Of a stretch of DNA of 64,000 nucleotides, positions 1-13,469 are shown piece after piece. The position numbers and the translations under genes are program-made. Below the pieces are notes generated by a model. That model saw only the letters and a program-made list of their open reading frames with translations. It had not been told where the DNA came from and did no database searches. The stretch spans positions 36,642,001-36,706,000 of the forward strand of contig OX597833.1 in assembly GCA_951406725.2 (NCBI GenBank). The letters run 5' to 3'. Source of the DNA: Octopus vulgaris. Lineage: Eukaryota. How positions within the stretch are numbered: position 1 is the first letter of the stretch; every line of letters starts with the position of its first letter.

Positions 1-68
1 ATATATTGATGAAATACTCAGGAGTTCAGTATTACTTAATAGTATTGCTGTTTATTACTTAATAATAT

Positions 69-116
69 GAAGGCAGCGAGCTGGCAGAATTGTTAGCACA
101 CCGGGTGAAATGCTTC
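69..116 (+). mobile_element. 5' fragment of tRNA-derived SINE
   Basis: gaaggcagcgagctggcagaattgttagcacaccgggtgaaatgctt: A-box-like tRNA head; probably the same family as 63850-64000. Confidence 0.55.
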
Positions 117-216
117 ACATCTTAATTGATCGGATGATCAACAGGTTGTTGATGATTACCCGATTAATTAAGATGTGATTCATTTTGTGTCAATTCCTCA
201 CCCTGTCCTGCACCCG

Positions 217-912
217 AATTTTTTTTTTTCCACAAGAGTTCCGGACCCCAGTAATGAACCCATTTGCATATAGCCAATCAGAGCACACCTTGAAAATCCA
301 TATACTGTGTACTACTACAGTACAGCCAGTCAGATATAGAATGGTGTATGTCACTCTCTGAGGACTGCATAGCAGGTCTCACATAAGCACCACATTCTCC
401 TCCCTCTCACCATCCTCAATGATCAATTGAGCACCATCTCTATATGGAGCTATGCTCAGACTGAGATTAGTGATGCTGCATGTACCCATTGATATATGCT
501 AGGAGGGCGCAATACAACACAACGCCATATTGATGACAATGTTTCCAGATCAACACCAACATTTTAAATTAGGAATGTACAAAATCTGTCAAAAAATTAG
601 GAAACTACACTCATTTACATTTTCCAGTAAATTACGCAAATTGGTAACACTTATGGCATCATCGGTAAGCAGCTTTCCATTCACTTTATACACTAAATTT
701 CACATTTGTCACTCCTATTAATCCGTTTAGATTTTGCTATAACATGCATTTTCCACTGAAGTCAACCAGAGTATTTTCGTGACTAGGTGGACACTAGTTT
801 GATAGTTAAGCTCTGATTGACTGTATGCAAATGATTTCATAACTGGAGTCCGGAACTCTCGTGGGAAAAAATTAGCGCCCCTCACGTGAAATTTTTCTCC
901 CACGAGAGCTAG
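217..912. mobile_element. Non-autonomous DNA element bounded by ~65-bp inverted repeats, with terminal hairpin + CTAG
   Basis: 217-284 is an imperfect reverse complement of 810-873; hairpin ctctcgtggga...tcccacgagag at 856-908 followed by ctag 909-912. Confidence 0.6.
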
Positions 913-1057
913 AATAAGTAGCAGATTTAAAAGTAATAATTACTGACATGGATTTTTTCAACAAAAACCCTACAGGGTAGAGCCCCAACATGGCCGCTGC
1001 CCAATGACTGAGAAAAAAAAGGATATATACGAGTGTAATGGGTGCGTGTGTATATGC

Positions 1058-1109
<52 letters not shown>

Positions 1110-1115
<6 letters not shown>

Positions 1116-1400
1116 CTGAAAATGTGTTTCTGTCCGTATGTGTGCATCACTAAAACTCGAGAACTACCAAACTGATTCCATTTAAACTTTACACATGCCT
1201 TATTTAGGGCCCATGCAGGGTCATGGGCTCAAAAAAAGTTTCAGCTTCTTGCCTAATGCGAATCAGGAGCAATCTCTTATCTCTTACACTATTTCATTAT
1301 TTCATGTCAAAAGGGGAACAATAACATCTATATTGTAATGTGAGATAATACTTTCAGTTTAATACTTTCACTATTAACACTGAAACTATTCTCTCACATA
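1110..1400 (+). mobile_element. Non-autonomous Helitron/Helentron-like 5' fragment
   Basis: tgtgtttctgtccgtatg...aactcgagaactac...tgattccatttaaact layout resembles the 5' region of the rolling-circle elements at 24455 and 34929. Confidence 0.4.
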
Positions 1401-1405
1401 AATAC

Positions 1406-1996
1406 ATGCATACAGACACAGACACACACATATATATAAATTCATACATGCATATAAATATACATAGATTTATATGTATATATAGATATAAGCATGTATG
1501 TATATGTATATATATATTTATGTATATTTACATATATATATATATATATATATTTATATTTATGTATATAAGAATGCATGTGTATATGTGCATATATATA
1601 TGTGTGTGTACGCATATATGTATATATATGTGTGTATTTAGAGATCTATATGTATATATATGTATATATATATGTATATGTATATATATATATATGTACA
1701 TATGTATATATATATATATGCTATATATATAAATATATTTGTATATATATATACGTTTATAGATGTATATACATATGTACGTATATATATGTATACATAT
1801 ATATGTATATATACATATATACATATATATATACATTTATGTATACATATATATATATATGCATATATGCATATATAAATGAATATATACATGTATATAT
1901 ATATGCATATATACACATATATATACGTATATATACGTATATGTATGCATATATACATACATATGTGTGTGTGTACATATATATATATCTGCATAT
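1406..1996. repeat. Degenerate (TA)n/(TATG)n microsatellite
   Basis: Direct inspection; source of spurious YI-rich ORFs. Confidence 0.95.
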
Positions 1997-2932
1997 AAGG
2001 GTGCAGGACATTACAAACCGTAAACAACATGAAATACGAAAACAAATGAGTTGAGTACGCAAACAACGATAGAAACGAATGGAATACAGGACAAGTTTGT
2101 AAGTTGTCCTGTTTTCCAATTGTTTCATTCGTTGTTTGCGTACTCAACTCATTTGTTTTCGTATTTCATGTTGTTTACGGTTTACATATATATATATATA
2201 TGCATATATATATATTTATATATATATGTACATATATGTATGTATATATGCATAAATATATTATTTAAGTTATCATTTGATTGAACGCCATGCATCCATT
2301 TCAAAGTAAATTTATCTTAATATTTTTGATTCGACTCTACCCTTTACTGTTCTCTCTTCCCCTATCGTTTTCTCTATCGTCCTTTCTCTAATTCCATTTT
2401 CCTTCCCTTCACCGTTTTCTCTCTCTCTCTTTCCCTCTCTCACTCAGCCTCTCTCCCTCTTTCTCCTTTACTTTCTCTCTTGTTGCTCACATGTGACCAT
2501 CGTCCATCCGTCTTTTCCACACGTGATCATCTTTCTCTTCTTCACTGCTGTCGTAGAGACTGCACTTATCCTATCTGTCTTTCTTTTCTATCTTTTCTCT
2601 TGTCAAAGACAATATTTCTCCACCGTTCACAACTTTACCTCGCCTTATGTAACGCCCTCCATATTTGTTTTCGTTCGGTTTTCTAGTATGCCACCTCTGT
2701 CCTGTTTTTGTCACCAGCTTTGACCCTCCGCAAATCCCAAATTTTATTTTTGTTTTTGCGGGAGCAACTGCCTTCGAAGTCTCATATTATCATTCAATGC
2801 TTGAAATGAGGAGTAGATAGACATCTGACAATTGATGGAGGGTCGTTCTTTATGTTACTTGTCCTGTTTTCCATTTATTTCTGTCTTTGATTTTTGATTG
2901 CGTACTCAACTCATTTGTCTTCGTATTTCATA
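1997..2932 (+). mobile_element. Non-autonomous Penelope-like element, family A (inverted + direct terminal repeat, TC-rich body)
   Basis: Perfect 55-bp inverted repeat 2015-2069/2129-2183; the same terminus recurs at 2855-2932; homologous to 40065-40845 and 44929-45480; TA-repeat flanks. Confidence 0.7.
2761..2843 (+). ncRNA. Decayed permuted hammerhead ribozyme (family A)
   Basis: gagca..ctcat-a-ttatca..tgctt-gaaa-tgag..tgacaa-ttgatgg; core mutated relative to the 45039-45121 copy. Confidence 0.55.
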
Positions 2933-2963
2933 TGTACGTATGCATATATGCGCATATATTATT

Positions 2964-3038
<75 letters not shown>

Positions 3039-3078
3039 GATATGTATGTATATATATGTACATATATATGTATATATA

Positions 3079-3111
<33 letters not shown>

Positions 3112-3139
3112 GTGTGTGTGTGTGTGTTTGTGTCTGTGT

Positions 3140-3280
3140 ACATTCCTCAAGTTGACATCTATGTCATTAATATATGCAACAAACAGTAGGTGTTCAAGAA
3201 CGGATCCCTGTGAAACACCAGATGTCATCTCGTAGGATGAAGAATGATGTCCTAGAACCGTGACTAACTCTTTCCAACCG
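3140..3280 (-). pseudogene. CR1/L2-like LINE reverse transcriptase fragment
   Basis: TSGVSQGSVLEHLLFVAYINDID matches the RT motif SGVPQGSVLGPLLF..YINDL. Confidence 0.85.
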
Positions 3281-4485
3281 AGAATGAAGCGAGGAAACAC
3301 TCCCCTGAGATCAGCCGAATGGGCACTGCTACCTACTTACTTTGGCAAATGTTCGGCCAGAGTAAGATTATGTAGAGTATCCCCAGAAATTGATGTGGCG
3401 TGGCTGGTGGCAGCCATCCTCTATAACACAGAGGAGGATTCTCTGGTGTAGAAGATATCAAGAACGACGGAGATGAACTGGTGGGGGTATGGACTGGATG
3501 TGTTGGTCCATATCAGCCTGCTGGACCTCCACAAAATTGCAGAAGGGCTGGTGCTACCAGATGAGACAAGATTAAGAATCGTCGTAGAAGAGAGACCTCC
3601 GATGTGGAGGAAGGAGACACATGAAAGCAAAGTGTCCCCAGAAACACGAACAGGAGGCGGCGTCAGGGAGAAGAGGACGCAAATGCGGAGGAGGAGGAAA
3701 TGGTGGAAAAATATACAGTGGTAGAAAGAATGAAGAGTATCGTGGAATCTCCACCTAAAAAGAAAAAAAAGGCAGAAGAGAACAAGAATGAGAAAAGAAG
3801 GAATGAGTAGACAAGTGAGGAACGAACACGAAGACCGTTGCCTTCAACTAGTAAGGAGGAGGAAGGACGGAAGAAGAGACATGAAAGTGAGAAGGAAGGA
3901 CAAACAGTGACGGGAATACCAGCAACAGAGGTAGAGAGTGGTGAGGTACAGCAGAGAGAGGAAATATGAAAGAACTATGAAATACGAAGAGGAAATATGA
4001 AAGAATTATGATTCGTTACAAAAAGAGTGTAGAGATAGAAAAGAAAATTTCAAAAATGAAATATGTAGTGAGGTTTAAATGGCTGACAGAGATGAGAAAG
4101 GGGTGCTGTTAGAAGAAGATAGAGCAAGAAGGTTGTAGGAAATATTTGGCGACAGGATAGTAATGACAGGAATTCGATTTCGTTACGATGAATTGCCATC
4201 AGTGGTAATATTTGATGATTTGATGGAACATTTGGTGTGACATTGTGTGGATTTTAAACAAAAGGAAAACTAACAAGATACAAGAATGGTAAGCACACAA
4301 TTTATTTAAAAAGCACTAAAATGGAACTACCTGCTTTGGGGAGTAGGAAATCCATTTCATTCTCATTTCATTTATATTCACAATGCATTCGTTGTACGCT
4401 TTTATGTACCCAAATGTATTGTTTTGTCTGTCCTTGTGGTGTCCCTTCTTTATAAAGGCCATGTGCCTAAATAAAAGAAACAAAC
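3281..4485 (+). mobile_element. Degenerate ORF1-only (Tx1/L1-like) retroelement with 3' UTR and A-rich end
   Basis: PTYFGKCSARVRLCRVSPEIDVAWLVAAIL...WWGYGLDV...RIVVEERPP, homologous to 4924-5225 and 47505-47690; ends aataaaagaaa; no RT seen. Confidence 0.55.
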
Positions 4486-4619
4486 CAGGTTTAACCCGAA
4501 ATTCTTGAAATTTTGTGTTGTGGATAGTTATCCTTTGTTGCAGGTCCTCCCTAGCGAGGTGCCTATTAATTGTTTGAATTGTAAGGTTGTTTTGCTTTTG
4601 TTTTGTGGTTTTTCTCTCC

Positions 4620-5225
4620 TAGTGGGGAAAAAAGCTACAATGGAGAAAGAGCAAGCGCGTACTGGGTGCTATCCAGGAGTAGCGAAACGTGAAATTTTGC
4701 GGAGGCTGTAAGGCAGTTGGAAGTAACGGAAGTGGCTGTGGACTTGGAGGCAGTGGAGAACAGCCGAAATTTATTCAGGAGAGAGGGTGCAAAGTTAAAA
4801 CTGACGCCACCAACGGAGGTGACAACAAACAAGGAACTGACGACAGTGGTGTACAGAACCCTGTCATTACTAATTAGGAAGAGATAAATTGCGAGAGAAG
4901 AAGTTGAAGAATACCTGAATAAGTTGAGCGATAAAGTCGAATTTTTCTGTAGAGGCAGGAAATTTGGAACGGTGGAGGTGCGCTTCTCGACAGTGGAGGA
5001 AGCAGTAATGCATTCCACTGAAGCCTTGAAGTCGGAGCCAACTTATCTTGGAAAGAGAGTAACAAGAATAAGAATTGGCAAGGTGCCACCAGAAATCAAG
5101 GAAATGTGGTTGCTGGCAGCCATTATGATGGACATGGAGGACGACCCACAGATTCTACAAGTTAGCTGTATAGAACAATCAAATTGCTGGGGTTATGGCA
5201 TCGAGGTCATGACCCAGGCCACATG
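4620..5225 (+). pseudogene. Second ORF1-like (Tx1/L1-like) remnant, truncated by a SINE
   Basis: GRKFGTVEVRFSTVEEAV...PTYLGKRVTRIRIGKVPPEIKEMWLLAAI...CWGYGIEV. Confidence 0.55.
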
Positions 5226-5231
5226 TTACCA

Positions 5232-5398
5232 CGCTTGACAACCGATGCTCGTGTGTTTATGTCCTCGTAACTTAGCGGTCGGCAAAAGAAAATGATAGAA
5301 TAAATGCTGGGCTTACAAAGAATACCATTTAAGGTAGTGCTCCAGCAAGCTCGCAGTCAAATGACTGAAACAAGTAAAAGACTAAAGGAATAAAAGAA
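5232..5398 (+). mobile_element. 3' half of the major tRNA-derived SINE
   Basis: gcttgacaaccgatgct...cttagcggtcggcaaaaga...gtgctccagca...cagtcaaatgactgaaacaagtaaaag, matches 21271-21690. Confidence 0.85.
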
Positions 5399-5399
5399 T

Positions 5400-7025
5400 A
5401 CTGGTCCCCAAATCTCTCATTGTGACTCCGGGATTGCACCTTCGGATCTTGTATGTGCGGGCTGCGGTGCATTTGTGAGCTGGTAACGCAGTGCTTGAAA
5501 TTTTCCTGCATTAAACTGCATGTTTTCTTGAGGCCACTTGCATATTGCATTTAAGTCCCATAGGAAGTCCTGCAGCCACTCTCCCAGTTTACTACCTATG
5601 CCAAGTTCACGCAGCTTCTGGGACATATCTTGTCATGACCCACCTTATCAAAGACCTTTGCGAAGTCAAGATAAATCGCATTGAGAACTGAATAGTCAAG
5701 GAGTCCCAGTCATAGTGCTATTAAAGCTGTGTGAGGAAGCTTCTTCCTGGACGTTATCGATTTCTTTAGGACGATTCGTTTCACGACTTTACTGTTATTC
5801 GAAGTCAGAGAGACTGGCCTACAGTATCTAGCCTCTACTCTATTCCCACATTTATGGATAGGGCATATAATGCCTTATTTTAACTTTTTAAGAAGTTCAC
5901 CACTTGCAAGAAAACTGGAAAAGCATCTGAACTGCTTTCGCTAAAACCGGCTTAGCTGATTTCAGGACAGTAGCGAGGAAACTATAGGGACCACTTGATG
6001 AACTTAAGTGCATTTCGTTTATGACCGCTGTTACAGTTTCCTCCCTAACGTCGATATATTCGATGGTTACTGCCTTTTTCTGCAGAGTTGTAATTTTAAA
6101 GAATTCAAACGGTTTCTTTATCTGCATGTGTCCAATGTGTCAATACATCTTCTGGCAATACCACTTCTACGTATCTGACTATCCTCAAATTTACCTTCAT
6201 GTTCTGAGGCATTTTGTGGGCGATATGGTGTGCATATAACTACATCAATTTACTTTATATGTATTGTTAAGGTGATACATCACCAGCGGTATAACATATT
6301 CGCGCAGCTCTTACATGATCTTTCTCTTCTGTCTGTTCGAAATACAACACACCAAGGTACGTGTATTACTACATCTGTTATATGAGGAGTCAAATACGTG
6401 TCTATGAATTTGATTGCATGCGGCAAGCTCTTTCACATCGATTATTTTACCTTTGTTACTGAGTTGTAATAGACATCCAATATTTAGTAGGCTTATGGGT
6501 GCAGTATATGTGTAGGTGTTACTGATGTTAGTGGTGGCCATCCTGGGTCCATCACCTGTGGTGACTTTGTGTATTGAAAAGCATGGCTTTGATTTTGCAT
6601 CTTTTGCCGCTATATCAGCTACTGTACTATCTTCTGGTCCATACTCAAAAATGCTCGCAGCTCGATAGCTGTAGTTGGCACAACCTCTGCATATTGCCTT
6701 TTGAGAGGTGCAGAGGGTATGTGTTGATTCCCTTTCTTGTTCTTATGAGATCTGTGGGTTTAGTACACCAGTTGGTGTAGTATGAACCCACAGGTCCATA
6801 TTTGAAGGTCTTCCTTTTCTGTGTTCTTGCTAGTTTCTCGTGGGCAGTCACCCTGCTTGTTTTTCCGATAAGGCTTGAGGTACGCAAAGTTGCAGTATGT
6901 TCCCCTTTTTCAATACCACTGGATGCTATTTAAATAGGATTTACAGACAATCTAGGTCTATCAGTTTCTGTCCATGTGTTTGTCTTAGATTTTGTTTTAA
7001 GTTTCGCACTGGAAAACATCATTTT
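5400..7025 (-). mobile_element. Heavily degenerate, internally deleted CR1-like LINE
   Basis: Minus-strand peptides LRELGIGSKLGEWLQDFL, ENMQFNAGKFQALRY, SSSGPYSFLATVLKSAKPVLAKAVQMLFQ; similar to the 26138 element. Confidence 0.7.
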
Positions 7026-7283
7026 TGCTAACTACGATTATGAGTGTGTGTGTGTGTGTGTGTGTGTGTATGTAACTGTGCACATGTATCTGTCAGTGTA
7101 TCTATGTGTACATTTGTGGATGTATGTGCATGTGTACATCTATCTTTAGCATATGTGTAAATGTATGGCTCTGTTCATGTCAATGTAAACATGAAGGCTG
7201 TTATGTATATATAGAATAAGGGCGAAACAGAGAGTGAACGAATCTGTCTTTCAGTACATGGCTTTTTTAATAATACCTCAAAT

Positions 7284-7325
7284 GCTCTCTCTGTGTCTCT
7301 GTGTCTCTCTGTCTCTGTCTCTCTC

Positions 7326-7406
<81 letters not shown>
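7284..7406. repeat. (CT)n/(CTGT)n microsatellite
   Basis: Direct inspection. Confidence 0.95.
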
Positions 7407-7409
<3 letters not shown>

Positions 7410-7821
7410 CTTCCATTAGTAGATGGCTTGACCACTCTTCGCACGTGGTCGATTCTTACTAATCATGTATTTACCTCTGCACATCTTTTTACTGTAATTC
7501 ATGATCAGTTACTTCGTTAGATATATGAGCACAAAATATGGTCAGACAGGTCATTTGATAGTTCGAAACCATGTTGAAGGTAAGTGTGACAATTAGTGTT
7601 TGTGCACTAGGACTTCCTCCGCTGAGATTACAGCTTTCGAAAGTTTATATATTGATGGTTGAGTGCAGGAGCCTGTCAAATGTGTAGGTCTTCAGGCTGG
7701 GCATTGAAAACACATTTGCAAGTTTGAAATTTTTTTATCCTGATACAACGAAGTTCTTTGTTTCTCTGATTGCAGTTTAGCACTCAGTTGCTACTAAAGA
7801 TTTCTGTACATTTTATAGTGT

Positions 7822-8066
7822 GGAGGCGTAGTGGTTAGGGCAGCGGACTCGCGGTCGGAGGATCGCGGTTTCGATTCCCAGACCGGACGTTGTGCATGTT
7901 TATTGAGCAAAAACACCTAGAGCTCCACGACGCTCCGGCAGGGGGTGGTGGCGACACGTGTTGTACTCTTTCGACCCAAACTTTCTCACACACTTTCTTC
8001 CTGTTTCTTGAGTAACGCTGCGATGGACTGGCGCCCCATCCAGCTGGGGGGAACACATACGCCACG
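7822..8066 (+). mobile_element. tRNA-derived SINE with V-domain-like core
   Basis: A box tagtggttagg, B box ggtttcgattcc; ctgcgatggactggcgccccatccag resembles the V-SINE core (from memory). Confidence 0.75.
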
Positions 8067-8098
8067 CAAACAAATATACACATATACATATATATACA

Positions 8099-8263
8099 TA
8101 CGACGGGTATATTTCTGTTCCCGTCTACCAAATACCCTCAAGAGGCATTGGTTTCAACGAGGCTATAGTAGAAGAAACTTACCCAAGGTGCAAACAGTGG
8201 GAATGAACCCGGAACCATGTGGCTGGTAGGCAGGCTACATACTACAGAGCCACTCCTGCGCCT
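8099..8263 (-). mobile_element. 5' half of the major tRNA-derived SINE (diverged)
   Basis: Reverse complement begins aggcgcaggagtggctctgtagta...ccacatggttccgggttcattcccactg. Confidence 0.85.
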
Positions 8264-8264
8264 A

Positions 8265-8597
8265 TGTGCATTTATATATATGTATATATGTATATATATA
8301 TATGTGTGTATATTTATATATATGTAAATACACATATGTAAATAAAAAGATGTATACATATTTTTGCATACATATATGTAAATATATATGTACACAAATA
8401 GATGCATACATATATATGTATGTAAATATGTATATGTATGTAAACAAATATATGTATACAAATATATATATAAATATATATACAATATATATTTATATAT
8501 ATGTAATATAATTTTTCTGAATCTTCAGACTTTTTTTTATATGCCAAGCAACTCGTTCAAATTGATGTTAATCAAATTAATATCAATTTTATACCAT

Positions 8598-8680
<83 letters not shown>

Positions 8681-8784
8681 GATATGCATATGTATATATA
8701 CATGGATATATATGTATATATGTACATATGTATATGTATATACACGTATATATGTATATGTATATATATGTATGTATATATATC

Positions 8785-8845
<61 letters not shown>

Positions 8846-9240
8846 TCATTTTTATGCATATATACATACGTATATTTATATATATATGTATATATATATA
8901 CATATAAATATGTATGTTTATAGGTTTATAGGTGTATGTGTACATATATATATATGTATATATCTATGTATATGTATATATATATATATATATATTTATA
9001 TGCATATATGTATATGTATTTATATGTATATATGAATATATACATATATATATGTATCTATATGTATATGTATATAAATATATGTATATAAAAATATATA
9101 TAAGTATATATGGATATATGTATGTATATGAATATAGATATATATCGAGGTATATACATGCATCTATACATATATTTATATCCATGCGTATGTATATGTA
9201 TATATATGTAAATAAATGTATGTATATATATATATATACA

Positions 9241-9285
<45 letters not shown>

Positions 9286-9343
9286 ATATATTTAAATGTG
9301 TCTACATACATGTATCTATATATATATAGTTATACGTGTATAC

Positions 9344-9400
<57 letters not shown>

Positions 9401-9930
9401 CATGTATATATGTATGTGACTATATATGAATATACATATCTATGTGTATATATATGTATATGTTGATATATATATCTATAAATATATATGCATATGTATG
9501 TAAATATATGTATATATACATGTATATATATGTATATACATATGTATATATGTATAAAAGTGCATATATATGTATATAGATATGCATATATATATGTGAG
9601 TATATATATATATATGTATATATATATATGTGAATATATGTGTTCATATATATATATGTATATATCTGTATATATGTATACATATATGGATATATATATA
9701 TATATGTATATATGTGCATGTATGTATATATATATATATCTACATATATATATGTGTATATATATGCACATATATACGTATGCATATATATATGAATGTA
9801 TATATATATGTATGTATGCATATATGTATGTATATATATTCATTTATATATATGCATGTATATATATATGCATATATGTATACATGTATGCATGTATATA
9901 TATATATTTGTATATATATGTATATATACG

Positions 9931-9965
<35 letters not shown>

Positions 9966-10172
9966 TTGTATATATATATTTGTATATGTATATATGTATA
10001 TGTGTATATATGTATATATATATATGTGTGTATGTGTATATATATATATATGTGTATGTGTATATATATATATATATATTTGTGTATATGTATATATATT
10101 TGTATATATATATATGTATATATCTATATATATATATTTGTATATATATATATATTTGTATGTATATATATG

Positions 10173-10207
<35 letters not shown>

Positions 10208-10277
10208 CTATAAATATATATAAACATATATATCTATATATACAACTATATATAAATGTATATATGTATATATATAC

Positions 10278-10318
<41 letters not shown>

Positions 10319-10358
10319 CATATATACATACATATATATATATGCATATATATATATG
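8265..10358. repeat. ~2.1-kb degenerate (TA)n/(TATG)n tract with a short unique insert at 8510-8600
   Basis: Direct inspection. Confidence 0.95.
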
Positions 10359-10574
10359 CTCTTTTACTCTTTTACTCTTTTACTTGTTTCAGTCATTTGA
10401 CTGCGGCCATGCTGGAGCACCGCCTTTAGTCGAGCAAATCGACCCCGGGACTTATTCTTTGTAAGCCCAGTACTTATTCTATCGGTCCCTTTTGCCGAAC
10501 TGCTAAGTGACGGGGACGTAAACACACCAGCATCGGTTGTCAAGCAATGCTAGGGGACAAACACAGACACACAA

Positions 10575-10646
<72 letters not shown>

Positions 10647-10808
10647 GACAGGCTTCTTTCAGTTTCCGTCTATCAAATCCACTCACAAGGCATTGGTCGG
10701 CCCGGGGCCATAGTAGAAGACACTTGCCCAAGATGCCACGCAGTGGGACTGAACCCGGAACCATGTGGTTGGTTAGCAAGCTACTTACCACACAGCCACT
10801 CCTGCGCC
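10359..10808 (-). mobile_element. Full-length major tRNA-derived SINE with internal microsatellite
   Basis: Near-identical to 21271-21690 and 54267-54675; (gagtaaaa)n tail. Confidence 0.92.
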
Positions 10809-10811
10809 TAT

Positions 10812-11075
10812 GCTTATTCTATCGGGCCCGTTTGCCGAACTGTTAAGTTACAGGGACGTAAACACACCGACATCGTTTGTTTAGTGATGTTGGGGGTGGG
10901 GGGCAAACAGCGACATACAAACATATACACACACACACATATACATATATACGACGGTTCTGCAAAAGAGACTGATAGAATAAGTATTAGGCTTACAAAG
11001 ACTAAGTCCTGATGTCAATTTGTTCGATGAAAAGAGATGCTGCCTCATGGCTGCAGTCAATTGAGTGAAACAATG
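10812..11075. mobile_element. Two rearranged SINE fragments (minus 10812-10955, plus ~10955-11075)
   Basis: cttattctatcgg..ttgccgaactgttaag..gacgtaaacacacc and cggttctgcaaaagagactgatagaataagt. Confidence 0.7.
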
Positions 11076-11092
11076 AAAAATGCAATATTAAT

Positions 11093-11094
<2 letters not shown>

Positions 11095-11132
<38 letters not shown>

Positions 11133-11246
11133 GCATATACATATGTATATATAAGTATGGATATATATGTGTATATGTATATACATATATATGTATATGT
11201 AAATATACATGTGTATTTGTACATATATTTATATGTATATATATGC

Positions 11247-11324
<78 letters not shown>

Positions 11325-11459
11325 ATGCATATATGTATATGTATATATATACATATGTATGTATATATATATGTATATATATATATACATATATATACAT
11401 ATATATATGTATATATATGGTGATATATATATGTATGCAGGTATATATATATTTATATG

Positions 11460-11506
<47 letters not shown>
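11095..11506. repeat. Degenerate (TA)n tract
   Basis: Direct inspection. Confidence 0.95.
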
Positions 11507-11510
<4 letters not shown>

Positions 11511-12160
11511 TTAGATAAAACTTAGATATGTTTCGACCAAAGACTGGTCCAGGCCATGTCTAACTTAGTAGCACCATCTGATAAGATTATCTGAATCCTG
11601 TTTAAGTCAAGTTTAGTTTATGGTCCATTCAAGTAGTGAGTTGTGTGAGTTGTATCCAATTATGGGTGGCTTATCTGGTATTCCTTGAAGGAATCTATCC
11701 AGACTCCGTTTAAAGTTGATGGGATCATTTTCCTCTTTGATCTCTTTCGGGACAATGTTAAATAGGGCAGGGCTTGTTAGGGAAAAGAAGTTATGTTGCA
11801 GTGTACATGTATGCTGTGATCTTGAATGGGGCAGGGGACATATGGCTCGTGGTCCCAGTCTTGGATGAACCTTGAAGCTAATGTTCAGGTAGTTTGGGCA
11901 AAGTTGGCGGTATATTCTCCACATCGTACAAATGATGTACCGCTCACGGCGACGCTGGAGAAAGTAGAATTTAAAAGCTTTAAGGCAGTCCCAATAATCG
12001 AGAGCAGCCATGCCTTCAATTCGTTTAGTGAGTGCCCTCTGGGGTGATTCAATTCTCGAGATGTTTTATCTTGTGTGGGGAGACCACAGTGGGCATCAGT
12101 ATTTGAGGTGAGGCCGTACAAGGGAGGAGAAAAGAGACGCATAAATTATAATGGTTATTG
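11505..12160 (-). mobile_element. 5'-truncated CR1-like LINE 3' end
   Basis: [12 protein letters not shown]...LDYWDCLKAFKFYFLQRRRERYIICTMWRI...FKRSLDRFLQGIPDKP; 3' hairpin gacca-gtctt-tggtc and a duplicated atctaagtttt tail. Confidence 0.85.
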
Positions 12161-12225
12161 AAAAGTTTTGTCTTTTTTTCGGCATATTTGGCATTAGAAT
12201 TTTTCTTTTGCCCTTATATTGTAAA

Positions 12226-12268
12226 TTATATATATCTATAGATATATATACGTTTATATATATGTATC

Positions 12269-12348
<80 letters not shown>

Positions 12349-12570
12349 GCATATATATATATGTATCTATATATATATATATGCATATATATGTATATAT
12401 ATGCATATATCTGCATATATGTATATATATATACATAAATGTGTATATATGTATATACGTATGTATATATATGTATATACATATATATGTGTATATATGT
12501 ATATGTATGTATATATACATGCATGTGTATATATGTATATATATGTGCATATATATGTATGTATATATTG

Positions 12571-12605
<35 letters not shown>

Positions 12606-12843
12606 GTGTATATATGTATATGTATATATATGTATGTGTTTATATATATATGTATATATATATGAATATATATGTGCATATATGTGTAAATATGCATATA
12701 CGTACATATGTATATAATTATGTATGTATATATTTATGTATATGTATCTATGTATATCTATATATATATATCATTATGGTTTCGATGCCTGGTCAGTGCC
12801 AATCAATCCGGCGGTGTCTACATGAGTCTTGTATGTATATATG

Positions 12844-12876
<33 letters not shown>

Positions 12877-13469
12877 GTGTATATATGTATATATATATAT
12901 GTGTTTATATATATATATGTATATATATATGAATATATATGTGCATATATGTGTAAATATGCATATACGTATATATGTATATAATTATGTATGTATATAT
13001 TTATGTATATGTATCTATTTATATCTATATATATATATCATTATGGTTTCGATGCCTGGTCAGTGCCAATCAATCCGGCGGTGTCTACATGAGTCTTGTA
13101 TGTATATATGTATATATATATGTATATATGTATATATATGTGTATATATGTATATGTATATATATATGTGTGTTTATATATATATGTATATATATATGAA
13201 TATATATGTGCATATATGTATAAATATGCATATACGTATATATGTATATAATTATGTATGTATATATTTATGTATATGTATCTATGTATATCTATATATA
13301 TATTTATATATATATACATATATATATATATAAACACATATATATATATACATATACATATACATATATACATATACATATACATATATACACATATATA
13401 TATATACATATATACATACATATATATGTACATATATATACATATATACACATGTATGTATATGTGCAC
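12226..13469. repeat. Degenerate (TA)n tract with ~267-bp tandem duplication carrying two 63-bp copies of 13558-13620
   Basis: tcattatggtttcgatgcctgg...gagtcttgta identical at 12771-12833, 13038-13100 and 13558-13620. Confidence 0.9.

Noticed and set aside
7192-7253. Hammerhead-like GAAA-caga...tctg-UC half
   Set aside because: Core reads ctgttat and stem II does not form; at best a dead relic
7822-7885. Possible tRNA gene
   Set aside because: No acceptor stem or Pol III terminator; continues into a SINE body
11526-11560. Hairpin followed by GAAA on the minus strand
   Set aside because: No CUGANGA; explained as the LINE 3' stem-loop
9488-13333. Many long Tyr/Ile/Cys/Met-rich ORFs
   Set aside because: Translations of (TA)n/(TATG)n microsatellites, open on both strands
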